Counted from the first letter of the stretch, positions 19,018-29,502 are shown. The stretch: DNA of 64,000 nucleotides from Gammaproteobacteria bacterium (GCA_028817405.1 JAPPPS010000090.1:22570-86569); one strand, 5' to 3'. Made by a program: numbers and translations. Notes: generated by a model from the letters alone, not told the origin.

Positions 19018-20259
19018 GTGGCTTACGATCCGCACACGTGCTACCGCGAGTTAGGGCGCGCATTGTCGCGCTACAATGGATACACGAATTACCCAAAATT
19101 GGAACGCATCGCGGACATCATCGCCGGCGATGATGAGGGTGATTTATTCGCAGGCAAGCCATACCGTTATGCGCATGAAGTGATTGAAAAATTCATGAGT
19201 AGAGGCAAAAAAGACAAGCAGCGCAGTGCGGAAGTGTATTTACAACACGCGATTGCGTTTGGTTTCCTTTATCGCGCCGTTCCGGGCAGTGCTCGTTTGC
19301 GCGCGCAATCCAAGAAGCGCGTGGAATCGAATTCACACATTGCTTTGTCGTCCTTGGGGCGCGCCTATCGTTCTGCCGCCGCTTTGCCGGTTGAGGAAGG
19401 CGTTGCTTTCCGACGGTGGCTTTGGGAATACGTCCTGCTCGATGCGGATTTCGACATGTATGGATTGCTGTTGAAACTGAGTTTGGCGAATAACGCGAAA
19501 TTCATCGAGCGCAAACCGTTCGAGGATGCATACAAAAGTATGGAAGCCAAAAGGAATGAGTGGTTAAAAGACCGCATTCCCTCGCCGGCGGTGCGCGAAC
19601 GCGTGGAAAAATACATTCAGTGGAAAATTCCTGAACGCAGTCGACGAACATCAAATTCATCCGACTCCAATATCGATGCTTCGGTGCGGGTGTTGAGTTC
19701 CACCACCTACGGGTATCACCACAGTCAGCGCAAAGGCTGGGCGTGTGGGAGCATCTTGCAACACGCGAATGGCGCCGGCAACCTGACGGAAGCGGGGGAG
19801 CATTTCGCGCGTTTGTTGCCATCGCTGGATGCACAACCTCTGTTTTGGATTGGCCCACATTTTGAGTGCACAAACTCTCTTTTTCTTAAGGCCGCCGGCA
19901 TCCCCCGCGAACAGTGTTCACCGGTGTGGGATTGGCTGACGCATGCTTCGCGCGACGGCAATGAAAACCGAAACGAATATGACACAGCGTTCGTGGATGC
20001 TGTTGCGAAACACATGGAAAGCGGTTATCCGTATCTCAGGCTTGCCACATTCGACCAAGCCGCTTTGGATACGGCCGTGCCGTATATCCATTTTCTGGCG
20101 CACCGGCGCAAAATTGACTTGAACGGCGATGCAGTGCATGGCATATTCGCCGATGTGTTTAAGACGCATCGCGCCACTTTCGTTTGCACCCTGGGGCGCA
20201 ACTATTCAAAAACCCATTTTTGGCTTCGCACGCACTCCAATGGTGAATCAAAAAAATAA
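19018..20259 (+). CDS. Hypothetical protein, no recognisable domain (island gene 3)
   Basis: A 413-aa ORF starting at GTG 19018, 3 nt after the gene 2 stop. Its composition matches the island genes and I recognised no motif. Confidence 0.55.
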   Translation: MAYDPHTCYRELGRALSRYNGYTNYPKLERIADIIAGDDEGDLFAGKPYRYAHEVIEKFMSRGKKDKQRSAEVYLQHAIAFGFLYRAVPGSARLRAQSKKRVESNSHIALSSLGRAYRSAAALPVEEGVAFRRWLWEYVLLDADFDMYGLLLKLSLANNAKFIERKPFEDAYKSMEAKRNEWLKDRIPSPAVRERVEKYIQWKIPERSRRTSNSSDSNIDASVRVLSSTTYGYHHSQRKGWACGSILQHANGAGNLTEAGEHFARLLPSLDAQPLFWIGPHFECTNSLFLKAAGIPREQCSPVWDWLTHASRDGNENRNEYDTAFVDAVAKHMESGYPYLRLATFDQAALDTAVPYIHFLAHRRKIDLNGDAVHGIFADVFKTHRATFVCTLGRNYSKTHFWLRTHSNGESKK

Positions 20260-20788
20260 AACGTTCCCCGAGCCATTGCCGGAGATTTTGCATACGCGTC
20301 GGTTTTTCAACGCGTTTACCAAGTGCATCAGCGACCGACCGTCGGTGGTCGATATTGTGGTGCCGTATATCGGCGAGAATCGATGGGGTGGTATTGTGAG
20401 GTTTGCCGAGATTCTTCTTAAGAGGGAATGTCAGTTCAACCTCACCACCGCGCGACCGTCCACCGCCCCCAATCGCATTTCCGCGGCGGAAGCGCAACGG
20501 TTGGTTCGGCTGGGAGTAGAATTGCGAATCCATGGCAACCGCCCAATGTTGCACTCCAAAATCTACCAATTCACATATCCCGTGAAGTACCCCGCCCTGG
20601 ACGATGTGGTGCGGGTGGCGTTTGTTGGCTCGGCCAACTTTTCCCGCGGCGGGCTTGAAACCAATGTCGAAACTATGGCATGTTTCCGTGGACCGAAAAG
20701 CAACGGCAGAGTTGCCGCGGCAATCGCCAGCATTGCGGGCGGCAGCTACCCATACAACCTACATCAGCATGAGGAGACCGATGACTGA
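20240..20788 (+). CDS. Small PLD-superfamily (single HKD-like, Nuc/DrmC-type) putative nuclease (island gene 4)
   Basis: LHSKIYQF...VAFVGSANFSRGGL is a degenerate HxK...GSxN motif. ATG at 20240 overlaps the end of gene 3 by 20 nt. Confidence 0.6.
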   Translation: MVNQKNKTFPEPLPEILHTRRFFNAFTKCISDRPSVVDIVVPYIGENRWGGIVRFAEILLKRECQFNLTTARPSTAPNRISAAEAQRLVRLGVELRIHGNRPMLHSKIYQFTYPVKYPALDDVVRVAFVGSANFSRGGLETNVETMACFRGPKSNGRVAAAIASIAGGSYPYNLHQHEETDD

Positions 20789-21917
20789 ATCGACCAAAAT
20801 CAATCCGCAAGAATTCGGGTTTGAGCGTAGCCCGTTCACCAATGTGGCGACCGCCGAGTCCGCCAAAATATGGGCGGGAATGGAGGACACGAAAGAGTTT
20901 CTCCAAGACGTTATTGACAGTGTTCGCCCCGATGATATCGGCGAGCGAGAATTTGTCATTATCCACGGCTCTTACGGTGGCGGCAAAACGCATGCTTTCC
21001 AATACTTTAAGAACCAGGTCGAAAAAAGCGGCCGAGGATTCGCTTTTTTTGCGAGTCGCGTCCGCATTGACGACAAGGCGAGTTTCTCCGAACTCGCCAA
21101 GACCATCGTGTCCGAGCATCGTGCGATGTTGCCGGATTTGGTCAGCCATGTACAACGAGCGGTTGAGCGCGCGGTGTACGAGACAAGGGAAGAGTCCGGC
21201 GACACCGCTGACCAGGCAACGCGCCAGAAACGCGCAATTAATAAATTAGTCGACAATGACTGTCGGCAATTGGTGGAAGATTTCGTCTTCCGCGGTTCCG
21301 CTGATGCCGACAAACTGGTCGAATTGGTCATTGGCGGAAAGCAGAGCGATCACACAGCGGTTTCTCGATTTTCGGCATTGCTCGGCGCGATGACGATGCC
21401 CATCGGCGACTGCCCCGCAAAATTCGATGCGGTTTACTTGTTTCTCGACGAAGTCGAGAGCATTCTCGACATCGGGTATAAATGGGTCTTTTCTTTTTTT
21501 AGCGCGTTGCGCGGACTGATTGACAGCACCGCTGGCTATCATTGTGCCATCGTGATGGCGTTCAGCACCGATGCCGCGCGCCTCGAAGCGGAACTTTCAG
21601 ATTTCTTGCGCCAACGGCTTACGCGTGCGCTCTTTGAGATGCGCGAACTGGAAGATGATGAAGGCAAGAATTTCATCAAAGAATTCCTTGATGCGCATCG
21701 GGCTTCTCCGGCTGATGCGGGCGAAGAGTTTGCGCCTTTCTCGGAAGGTGTGATCGATGAAATTCTGGAACGGCATAACGAAGTCGTGCCGCGAAAATTG
21801 ATTCTGGACATGACGCGCGTTTTTGAACGGGCGGTACGTCGGGGCGGCATACAGCCGGGCGAGGAAATCCCGACGCAAATGGCGAAGGATATTTTGGCAA
21901 AAATGCCGCCCTTGTGA
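20781..21917 (+). CDS. P-loop NTPase, AAA+/ORC-like (island gene 5)
   Basis: Ribosome-binding site GAGGAG, then ATG at 20781 overlapping the gene 4 stop (ATGACTGA). Walker A GSYGGGKTH and Walker B VYLFLDEVESI. Confidence 0.7.
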   Translation: MTESTKINPQEFGFERSPFTNVATAESAKIWAGMEDTKEFLQDVIDSVRPDDIGEREFVIIHGSYGGGKTHAFQYFKNQVEKSGRGFAFFASRVRIDDKASFSELAKTIVSEHRAMLPDLVSHVQRAVERAVYETREESGDTADQATRQKRAINKLVDNDCRQLVEDFVFRGSADADKLVELVIGGKQSDHTAVSRFSALLGAMTMPIGDCPAKFDAVYLFLDEVESILDIGYKWVFSFFSALRGLIDSTAGYHCAIVMAFSTDAARLEAELSDFLRQRLTRALFEMRELEDDEGKNFIKEFLDAHRASPADAGEEFAPFSEGVIDEILERHNEVVPRKLILDMTRVFERAVRRGGIQPGEEIPTQMAKDILAKMPPL

Positions 21918-21951
21918 CCCCGCTTTGGGATTGATATGATCGCCGCCATGT

Positions 21952-21981
21952 CTACGCCGCGAAAAACAACATCACACCGCG
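21952..21981. repeat. Right copy of the 30-nt direct repeat bounding the island
   Basis: CTACGCCGCGAAAAACAACATCACACCGCG has one mismatch to 15703-15732. Weaker similarity extends on both sides (CGCCGCC upstream, TGAGT downstream). Confidence 0.85.
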
Positions 21982-22141
21982 CGACCATTGAGTGCGCGGC
22001 TCGTGTACAGTGGCCGCGCAGTCACGGTGACTGTGACTTGCGCTGTCACCGCGCGCGTTTTTCGAAAGCATTTCGTTTACGGAAACGCTTAACTCGCCGG
22101 CCGCTTTTTATTTAGCCGGCGGACAGCAATCAGCGAGTCCC

Positions 22142-22738
22142 ATGAAACAGAAAAACTCTGTTGCGTTGTTTTGGCGCATACTGTTTCTCATTGCCGTTGT
22201 TGCCTTAATTCAGTTTGGCAACAAGGATGGGCTTAATTTTTCACCGGCGGCCGGTAGCTCTTGGTACCAGCTTGGGTGGTCGGTTGGGCAATTTGCTTTC
22301 TGGCTTGTGGTAGTGGCCTTGCTGTTTGCGGGCAAGAAAGTTCAACTGGCGTTGCTTGACTATAAGCGGAGCAAAATGGTTTTCAAAGTGTTCGGCTATT
22401 TGGCACTTTTCGGCGCTGGAATTGCACTCGTTATTCTCTGGGAAATCGCCTGGTTCCTGTTATTGTTCATGTTAATTGGTTCACTGGCATTTCTCGTTCC
22501 TGTTGCCTTTGTTCACTTTGTTGTTTCCAGAAAACGCATCGAAGTGACGCAAGTTATATTTGGAACATCCATGCTTTGCTGGATAATTTCGGTGGTATCA
22601 CTCCATCAGTCGATGGGGGCTTTTCTCGCGCATGCTGTATTGATTGGTGTTTTTTGTGCAGCGGCCATCTGTATCACCAATTTGCTTGCGGCGAAATTTT
22701 CGCGCACGAGTGATGAAGGTGAACTGCGCGATGAGTAA
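22142..22738 (+). CDS. Hypothetical polytopic membrane protein (about 6 TM), low G+C
   Basis: A 198-aa hydrophobic ORF. Its stop overlaps the livF start codon, and it lies outside the direct repeat. Confidence 0.6.
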   Translation: MKQKNSVALFWRILFLIAVVALIQFGNKDGLNFSPAAGSSWYQLGWSVGQFAFWLVVVALLFAGKKVQLALLDYKRSKMVFKVFGYLALFGAGIALVILWEIAWFLLLFMLIGSLAFLVPVAFVHFVVSRKRIEVTQVIFGTSMLCWIISVVSLHQSMGAFLAHAVLIGVFCAAAICITNLLAAKFSRTSDEGELRDE

Positions 22739-23540
22739 TTCCACTGTCGTCCTCAGCGTCAAAAACATCGAAGTCATTTATGACCATGTGATTTTGGTGT
22801 TGAAGGGCGTGTCGTTGGATGTGCCGGCCGGCGGGATTGTCGCGCTGGTCGGCGCCAACGGCGCGGGCAAGACCACCACCATCAAGTCGATTTCCAACCT
22901 GTTAGGCACCGAGCGCGGCGAGGTGACCAAGGGCTCCATCGAGTTCCGCGGCCGCCGCATCGACCGCTTGACCCCGGCCGAACTGGTGCGGCGCGGCGTG
23001 GTGCAAGTGATGGAGGGGCGGCATTGTTTCGAGCATCTGACGGTGGAGGAAAATCTCCTGACCGGCGCTTACACCCGCCGCGGCCGCGCCGCCATCGCGC
23101 GCGACTTGGAGCGCGTTTACGCCTACTTCCCGCGCCTGAAAGAACGCCGCCGCAGCCAGGCCGGCTACACCTCCGGCGGCGAGCAGCAGATGATGGCGGT
23201 CGGGCGCGCGCTGATGGCGAAGCCGAGCGTGATTCTGCTCGACGAGCCGTCGATGGGTTTGGCGCCGCAGTTGGTGCAGGAAATCTTCGACATCGTGGCG
23301 CAATTGAACCGCCGCGAAGGCGTCACCTTTTTACTCGCCGAACAAAACACCACCATGGCGTTGCGCTACGCGACCTACGGTTACATTTTGGAAAACGGCC
23401 GCGTGGTCATGGACGGCGACGCCAAGGCGCTTGCCGAGAATGAAGATGTCAAGGAATTTTACTTGGGCGTCAGCGGCGACAACCGCCGCAGTTTCCGCGA
23501 AGTCAAACAATACCGCCGGCGCAAACGGTGGCTGGCGTGA
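22731..23540 (+). CDS. livF: Branched-chain amino-acid-type ABC transporter ATP-binding protein (LivF-like)
   Basis: MSNSTVVLSVKNIEVIYDHVILVLKGVSL..., Walker A GANGAGKTT, signature TSGGEQQM, Walker B ILLDEPSMGLAP. Confidence 0.9.
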   Translation: MSNSTVVLSVKNIEVIYDHVILVLKGVSLDVPAGGIVALVGANGAGKTTTIKSISNLLGTERGEVTKGSIEFRGRRIDRLTPAELVRRGVVQVMEGRHCFEHLTVEENLLTGAYTRRGRAAIARDLERVYAYFPRLKERRRSQAGYTSGGEQQMMAVGRALMAKPSVILLDEPSMGLAPQLVQEIFDIVAQLNRREGVTFLLAEQNTTMALRYATYGYILENGRVVMDGDAKALAENEDVKEFYLGVSGDNRRSFREVKQYRRRKRWLA

Positions 23541-23615
23541 GTTCGATGTTGCGCGCGCCGCTTGTTCTCAACCGCGCCGCGCGCATCGCCGCGCTCTTGA
23601 TGCCTTAACGATTCG

Positions 23616-24947
23616 ATGACCGCGTTCTACGACAAGTTGGAAACCCGCGACCCGGCCGCGCGCGCGGCCGCGGTGGTTGCCGCGGTCGCGGCGCAAGCGC
23701 GTCACGCGCAAACGCACGCGCCGGGCTACGCGAAAATTTTGGCCGGCATCGATGCGCGCGACATCACCTCCGCGGACGCCATCGCGCAGTTGCCGGTGAC
23801 GCGCAAATCCGAACTGGCGGAATTGCAGCGCGCCTCCCCGCCATTCGGCGGCCTGGCGGCGACCGTCGACGGTGATGCAACCGGCGACAATGGCGACAAC
23901 GGCGAGAACGCCGGCGCCGGCGCCGGCGATGCAAACCGCAACGCCGCCCAACTGAAATACTTGTTCGCCTCACCGGGCCCGATTTACGAACCGGCCACCG
24001 CGCGCCGCGACTACTGGCGTTTCGCGCGCGCGCTGTTTGCGGCCGGATTTCGCGCCGGTGATGTTGCGCACAACGCGTTTTCCTACCACCTCACGCCGGC
24101 CGGCGCGATGGGCGATTCCGGCTGTCACGCGCTCGGCTGCGCGGTGATTCCCGCGGGCACCGGCCAGACCGAATTGCAGGTGCAGACCATCGCCGACTTG
24201 CGCCCGGACGGCTATCTCGGCACACCGTCGTTCCTGAAAATTATCCTGGAAAAGGCCGCCGAGCGCGCCGCCGATGTGTCCAGCATCAACAAGGCGTTGG
24301 TGTCCGGCGAGGCGCTGCCGCCCGCGACCCGCGGTGATTTCGCGGCGCGCGGAATCGCCGCGCTGCAGGCGTACGCCACCGCCGACTTGGGGTTGGTCGC
24401 GTACGAGAGCGTCGCCGACGCGGGCCTCATCGTCGACGAAGGCGTTTATTTGGAAATCGTGCGGCCCGGCGGCGGCGCGCCGGTCGCGGACGGTGAAGTC
24501 GGCGAAGTCGTGGTCACCACGCTGAACCCCGACTACCCGCTGCTGCGCTTCGCCACCGGCGATTTGTCGGCGTTCATGCCGGGGCCAAGCGCGTGCGGGC
24601 GCACCAACCGCCGCATCAAAGGCTGGCTCGGCCGCGCCGACCAAACCGCCAAAGTGCGCGGCATGTTCGTGCATCCATCGCAAATCGAGCAGGTATTGCA
24701 ACGCCACCCGGCCATCGCCCGCGCGCGGCTGGTTATCGACTGGCACGGCGAGCGCGACCGCATGATTTTGCGCTGCGAGACCGTCGCCGGGGCCGGCGGC
24801 GCGGAAAACATCGACCCGTCGCTGCCGGCCGCCATCGCCGCCACCATCCGCGAGGTATGCAAACTGCGCGCCGAAGTGGAATTCCTGGCGCCGGGCGAAT
24901 TGCCGAAAGACGGCACCGTCATCGAAGACGCCCGCCGCTACGAATAA
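23616..24947 (+). CDS. Phenylacetate-CoA ligase-family (PaaK / coenzyme F390 synthetase-like) adenylate-forming enzyme
   Basis: N-terminus ...YDKLETRDPAA...LPVTRKSELAELQ and C-terminal VKVRGMFVHPSQIEQVL. This family commonly follows liv-type operons. It contains a GDNGDNGENAGAGAGD insertion. Confidence 0.75.
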   Translation: MTAFYDKLETRDPAARAAAVVAAVAAQARHAQTHAPGYAKILAGIDARDITSADAIAQLPVTRKSELAELQRASPPFGGLAATVDGDATGDNGDNGENAGAGAGDANRNAAQLKYLFASPGPIYEPATARRDYWRFARALFAAGFRAGDVAHNAFSYHLTPAGAMGDSGCHALGCAVIPAGTGQTELQVQTIADLRPDGYLGTPSFLKIILEKAAERAADVSSINKALVSGEALPPATRGDFAARGIAALQAYATADLGLVAYESVADAGLIVDEGVYLEIVRPGGGAPVADGEVGEVVVTTLNPDYPLLRFATGDLSAFMPGPSACGRTNRRIKGWLGRADQTAKVRGMFVHPSQIEQVLQRHPAIARARLVIDWHGERDRMILRCETVAGAGGAENIDPSLPAAIAATIREVCKLRAEVEFLAPGELPKDGTVIEDARRYE

Positions 24948-25024
24948 CGGAAAGCGGCACGGTGTAAAATCCGCTCAACCCGCAACCGCCAACACCCAAC
25001 CGCAACCCAACAACGGACATCGAC

Positions 25025-25909
25025 ATGACCGAACACGCCATCGCATTCATCGGCCTCGGCGTCATGGGCTACCCCATGGCCGGGCATTTAGCCGCCGCCG
25101 GCCACCGCGCGCGCGTCTACAACCGCACCGTCGCCAAAGCGCAGCGGTGGGTCGAACAGCACGGCGGCGCAGCGGCGGCCACGCCGGCCGAAGTCGCGGC
25201 CGGCGCGGACTTCGTATTCGCCTGCGTCGGCAACGACGACGACTTGCGCAGCGTCACCACCGGCGCGGACGGCGCGTTCGCCGGCATGAAACAAGGCGCT
25301 GTTTTTGTCGACCACACCACCGCCTCGGCGCAAGTCGCGCGCGAGTTGGCGACGGCCGCGGCCGATGGCGGGTTCGCGTTTCTCGACGCGCCGGTGTCCG
25401 GCGGCCAGGCGGGGGCCGAGAACGGCATCCTCACCGTGATGGCCGGCGGCGACGCCGAAGTGTTCGCGCGCGCGCGCCCGCTCATGGAGGGCTACGCGCG
25501 CAAAGTCGAGCGCATGGGCGGCGTCGGGGCCGGGCAGTTAACCAAGATGGTGAATCAAATCTGCATCGCCGGGCTGGTGCAGGGCTTGTCCGAGGGGGTC
25601 GCGTTTGCGGTCAACGCCGGCCTCGACGCGCGCCAGGTGTTCGAGGTCATCGCCGGCGGCGCGGCGCAGTCGTGGCAGATGGAAAACCGCGCCGCCACCA
25701 TGCTCGACAACCAATTCGACTTCGGCTTCGCGGTTGACTGGATGCGCAAGGACTTGAAGTTGTGCTTCGAGGAAGCCGCGCGCAACCACTCGGAACTGCC
25801 GGTCAGCCAAATCGTCGACGAATACTACGCGCAAGTGCAGGCAAACGGCGGCGGACGATTCGACACTTCCAGTTTGGTCACGCGCCTGCACCGCAAAGAT
25901 TTGGCATAA
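25025..25909 (+). CDS. NAD(P)-dependent beta-hydroxyacid dehydrogenase (3-hydroxyisobutyrate dehydrogenase family)
   Basis: Rossmann N-terminus IAFIGLGVMGYPMAGHL and the central motif FLDAPVSGGQAGAENGILTVMAGG. Confidence 0.8.
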   Translation: MTEHAIAFIGLGVMGYPMAGHLAAAGHRARVYNRTVAKAQRWVEQHGGAAAATPAEVAAGADFVFACVGNDDDLRSVTTGADGAFAGMKQGAVFVDHTTASAQVARELATAAADGGFAFLDAPVSGGQAGAENGILTVMAGGDAEVFARARPLMEGYARKVERMGGVGAGQLTKMVNQICIAGLVQGLSEGVAFAVNAGLDARQVFEVIAGGAAQSWQMENRAATMLDNQFDFGFAVDWMRKDLKLCFEEAARNHSELPVSQIVDEYYAQVQANGGGRFDTSSLVTRLHRKDLA

Positions 25910-25930
25910 GCGACGCGGGTGTCACCACCG

Positions 25931-26686
25931 TCACCACCCCTTCCGCTTCAACTCCGCTCTCAGCCGCCGCATGCGGTCGGCCGACGACGGGTGGCTGCCG
26001 AGGAAATGCCCGGCGCTTTTGACTTTGGCGTGGAAACTCAGCGCGCCGCGCGGGTCGAAGCCGGCCGCCTGCGCGTAATGCATGCCGTCGAGGTCGGCCT
26101 CGTGCTCCTCTTCGCGGCTGTAACTCGAGGTGATGGCGCGCCCGCCGATGCTTAGACTCTCCGCGACCAAAGCGCCGCCGGCGTTCGCCAGCAGCGCGCC
26201 GCCGAGCAACTGCCCCAGCGCGCTCACGGCCTCGCGCTGTTGCCGCTTGTTGCCGTGCCGCCGCGCCAAGTGCGCGTTCTCATGACCGAGAATCGCGGCG
26301 TACGCATGCCAGTCGTCGCCGAGCAGGCGGTACATGCCCAAAGTCAGCGCGACAACAGGCGCGCCGTCGCTGCGCCAGGCGAACGCATTCGGCTCGGTCG
26401 AACTGCACAAAAGAAATTGCGCATCGACCCCGGAAGCGGCGTTGATGCGTTTGTTGATATGACTGACTGCGATGAACCACCGCGTCGGAATGGTGGCCGC
26501 GGCGCGGCGGTTGTCGCGCAACTCCACCTGCGCCGATTCCGCCTGCGCCAGCAAGCGCGGCTGCCAGAACGCCTCACACTGCGCCGCCGCCGGCACCGGC
26601 GCGGCCGCCAACGCGCTGAATAATACCGCCGCCCGAACCGTACGCGGCCGGCGCGGCCGGCGGTTCATTTTCCGCGGCCGCGCCAT
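25931..26686 (-). CDS. M48-family zinc metallopeptidase (secreted or lipoprotein-like)
   Basis: HExxH motif (ILGHENAHLARRH) and a signal-like N-terminus (AAVLFSALAAAPVPAAAQC). The start is uncertain (26686 or 26668). The longer ORF to 26761 overlaps the small ORF upstream. Confidence 0.7.
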   Translation of the reverse strand: MARPRKMNRRPRRPRTVRAAVLFSALAAAPVPAAAQCEAFWQPRLLAQAESAQVELRDNRRAAATIPTRWFIAVSHINKRINAASGVDAQFLLCSSTEPNAFAWRSDGAPVVALTLGMYRLLGDDWHAYAAILGHENAHLARRHGNKRQQREAVSALGQLLGGALLANAGGALVAESLSIGGRAITSSYSREEEHEADLDGMHYAQAAGFDPRGALSFHAKVKSAGHFLGSHPSSADRMRRLRAELKRKGW

Positions 26687-26706
26687 GGCGCGAGTCGCAC
26701 CGCCGG

Positions 26707-26838
26707 TCAGGCGTGTTTCCTTTTCCACCGCGCAATCAGGCGGTCGAGCAGCGGCAAGCACGCCACCAGAAGGCCGATACCGCAGATGGATGCGGCGCCG
26801 AATATCAGGACCGCCAGGCCGAAAGTTTCTTCAGACAT
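26707..26838 (-). CDS. Small (43 aa) single-TM protein, absent from the ORF track
   Basis: GGAGG ribosome-binding site, then ATG at 26838. It translates as MSEETFGLAVLIFGAASICGIGLLVACLPLLDRLIARWKRKHA*. The start overlaps the upstream stop (ATGTCTGA). Confidence 0.4.
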   Translation of the reverse strand: MSEETFGLAVLIFGAASICGIGLLVACLPLLDRLIARWKRKHA

Positions 26839-27076
26839 TTTTGTGTTCCTCCAGTCGTTTGATGAGCAGATACGCGGCAACGGTCAGGATACCGATGGCG
26901 ATAACGGTGACCACAAAACATGCTGCGCCGAGTTCGAACACTATACCAAATTGCCCGGCCTCGTAGCGCATGGCCAGCCAACTGATGAGCACGACGGCGA
27001 CGGTAAACAGCGCCAGCGCCCAGCGTCCTAAAAAGTCGATGCGTTTTTGCACGCCGAGGATTGCGATTTCGTCCAT
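26831..27076 (-). CDS. Small (81 aa) two-TM membrane protein
   Basis: GGAGGAAACCC then ATG at 27076 (MDEIAILGVQKRIDFLGRWALALFTVAVVLISWL...). Confidence 0.5.
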   Translation of the reverse strand: MDEIAILGVQKRIDFLGRWALALFTVAVVLISWLAMRYEAGQFGIVFELGAACFVVTVIAIGILTVAAYLLIKRLEEHKNV

Positions 27077-27187
27077 GGGTTTCCTCCATGAGTTAAGCGG
27101 GTTGATTGCCGACGCCACCATGGCCACCGACGCGACCGAGTGTAGCACATCCCGGCGGGGATGAATCGCCGCCGCGGCAAGCAGTCA

Positions 27188-27216
27188 CAAAAAAGCCCCG
27201 CGCGGGGCGGGGCTTT
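27188..27216 (-). terminator. Rho-independent terminator downstream of groEL
   Basis: On the minus-strand RNA, AGCCCCGC-cccgc-GCGGGGCT is followed by TTTTT. That is an 8-bp GC stem with a 5-nt loop. Confidence 0.7.
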
Positions 27217-27240
27217 GGTGAAGCGTGGGCGTAGGCGGGG

Positions 27241-28911
<1,671 letters not shown>

Positions 28912-28930
28912 TTACGGTTGGATTGGCGGT

Positions 28931-29221
28931 TCAGCCTTCGATGACGCCCATGATGTCGTCTTCGCGCATCACCAGCACTTCCTCGCCTTCGACTTTGACT
29001 TCGGTGCCGGAGTATTTCCCGAACAGCACCTTGTCGCCGACCTTGACATCAAGGCCGCGCTGCTCGCCGTTGTCGAGAATTTTGCCGTTGCCCACGGCCA
29101 GGACTTCGCCTTGCATGGGTTTCTCGGTCGCGGTGTCGGGGATGACGATGCCCCCCGGGCTGGTGCGCTCGTCTTCGACTCGCCTGACGACGACTCGGTC
29201 ATGAAGCGGACGGATTTTCAT
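28931..29221 (-). CDS. groES: Co-chaperonin GroES
   Basis: [46 protein letters not shown]..., with ATG at 29221. Confidence 0.95.
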   Translation of the reverse strand: MKIRPLHDRVVVRRVEDERTSPGGIVIPDTATEKPMQGEVLAVGNGKILDNGEQRGLDVKVGDKVLFGKYSGTEVKVEGEEVLVMREDDIMGVIEG

Positions 29222-29296
29222 CTCACTTTCCTCGTTGCGGTTGAAGGTCAAATCCCGCGCGCCGGCCGGTGGGCGGGCCAATCTGGCGCGCCGGAA

Positions 29297-29323
29297 TTAG
29301 CACTCGTCGCGGGGGAGTGCCAA
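29297..29323. promoter_or_regulatory. CIRCE operator (HrcA-binding inverted repeat) upstream of groES
   Basis: TTAGCACTC-GTCGCGGGG-GAGTGCCAA against the consensus TTAGCACTC-N9-GAGTGCTAA (17 of 18 positions). Confidence 0.8.
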
Positions 29324-29350
29324 TATAGGGCGGGACGTAAAAAATTCAAG
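29323..29350 (-). promoter_or_regulatory. Putative groESL promoter (sigma32-like CTTGAA-N14-CCCTATAT, also readable as sigma70 TTGAAT-N16-TATATT)
   Basis: The minus strand reads CTTGAATTTTTTACGTCCCGCCCTATATTGGCACTC, immediately upstream of and overlapping CIRCE. Confidence 0.45.
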
Positions 29351-29502
29351 CGTTTGGCGGAAATTTCTGCGCCGATTTGCGGAAAATCTGCTGGAAATCG
29401 CCAAAACCGTCGCGGAATCGGGAATTTTGCCCGGAATTTGGCTCGGCGACGGTGGGCTTGCGGGGGAAATTTGTGGCGTTCGGCGACCGGCGCCGTCGCG
29501 AT

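Noticed and set aside
15733-22738. A prophage or ICE interpretation of the main island.
   Set aside because: It contains no integrase, no structural, replication or conjugation genes and no tRNA target. Only the five-gene cassette and a membrane protein are present.
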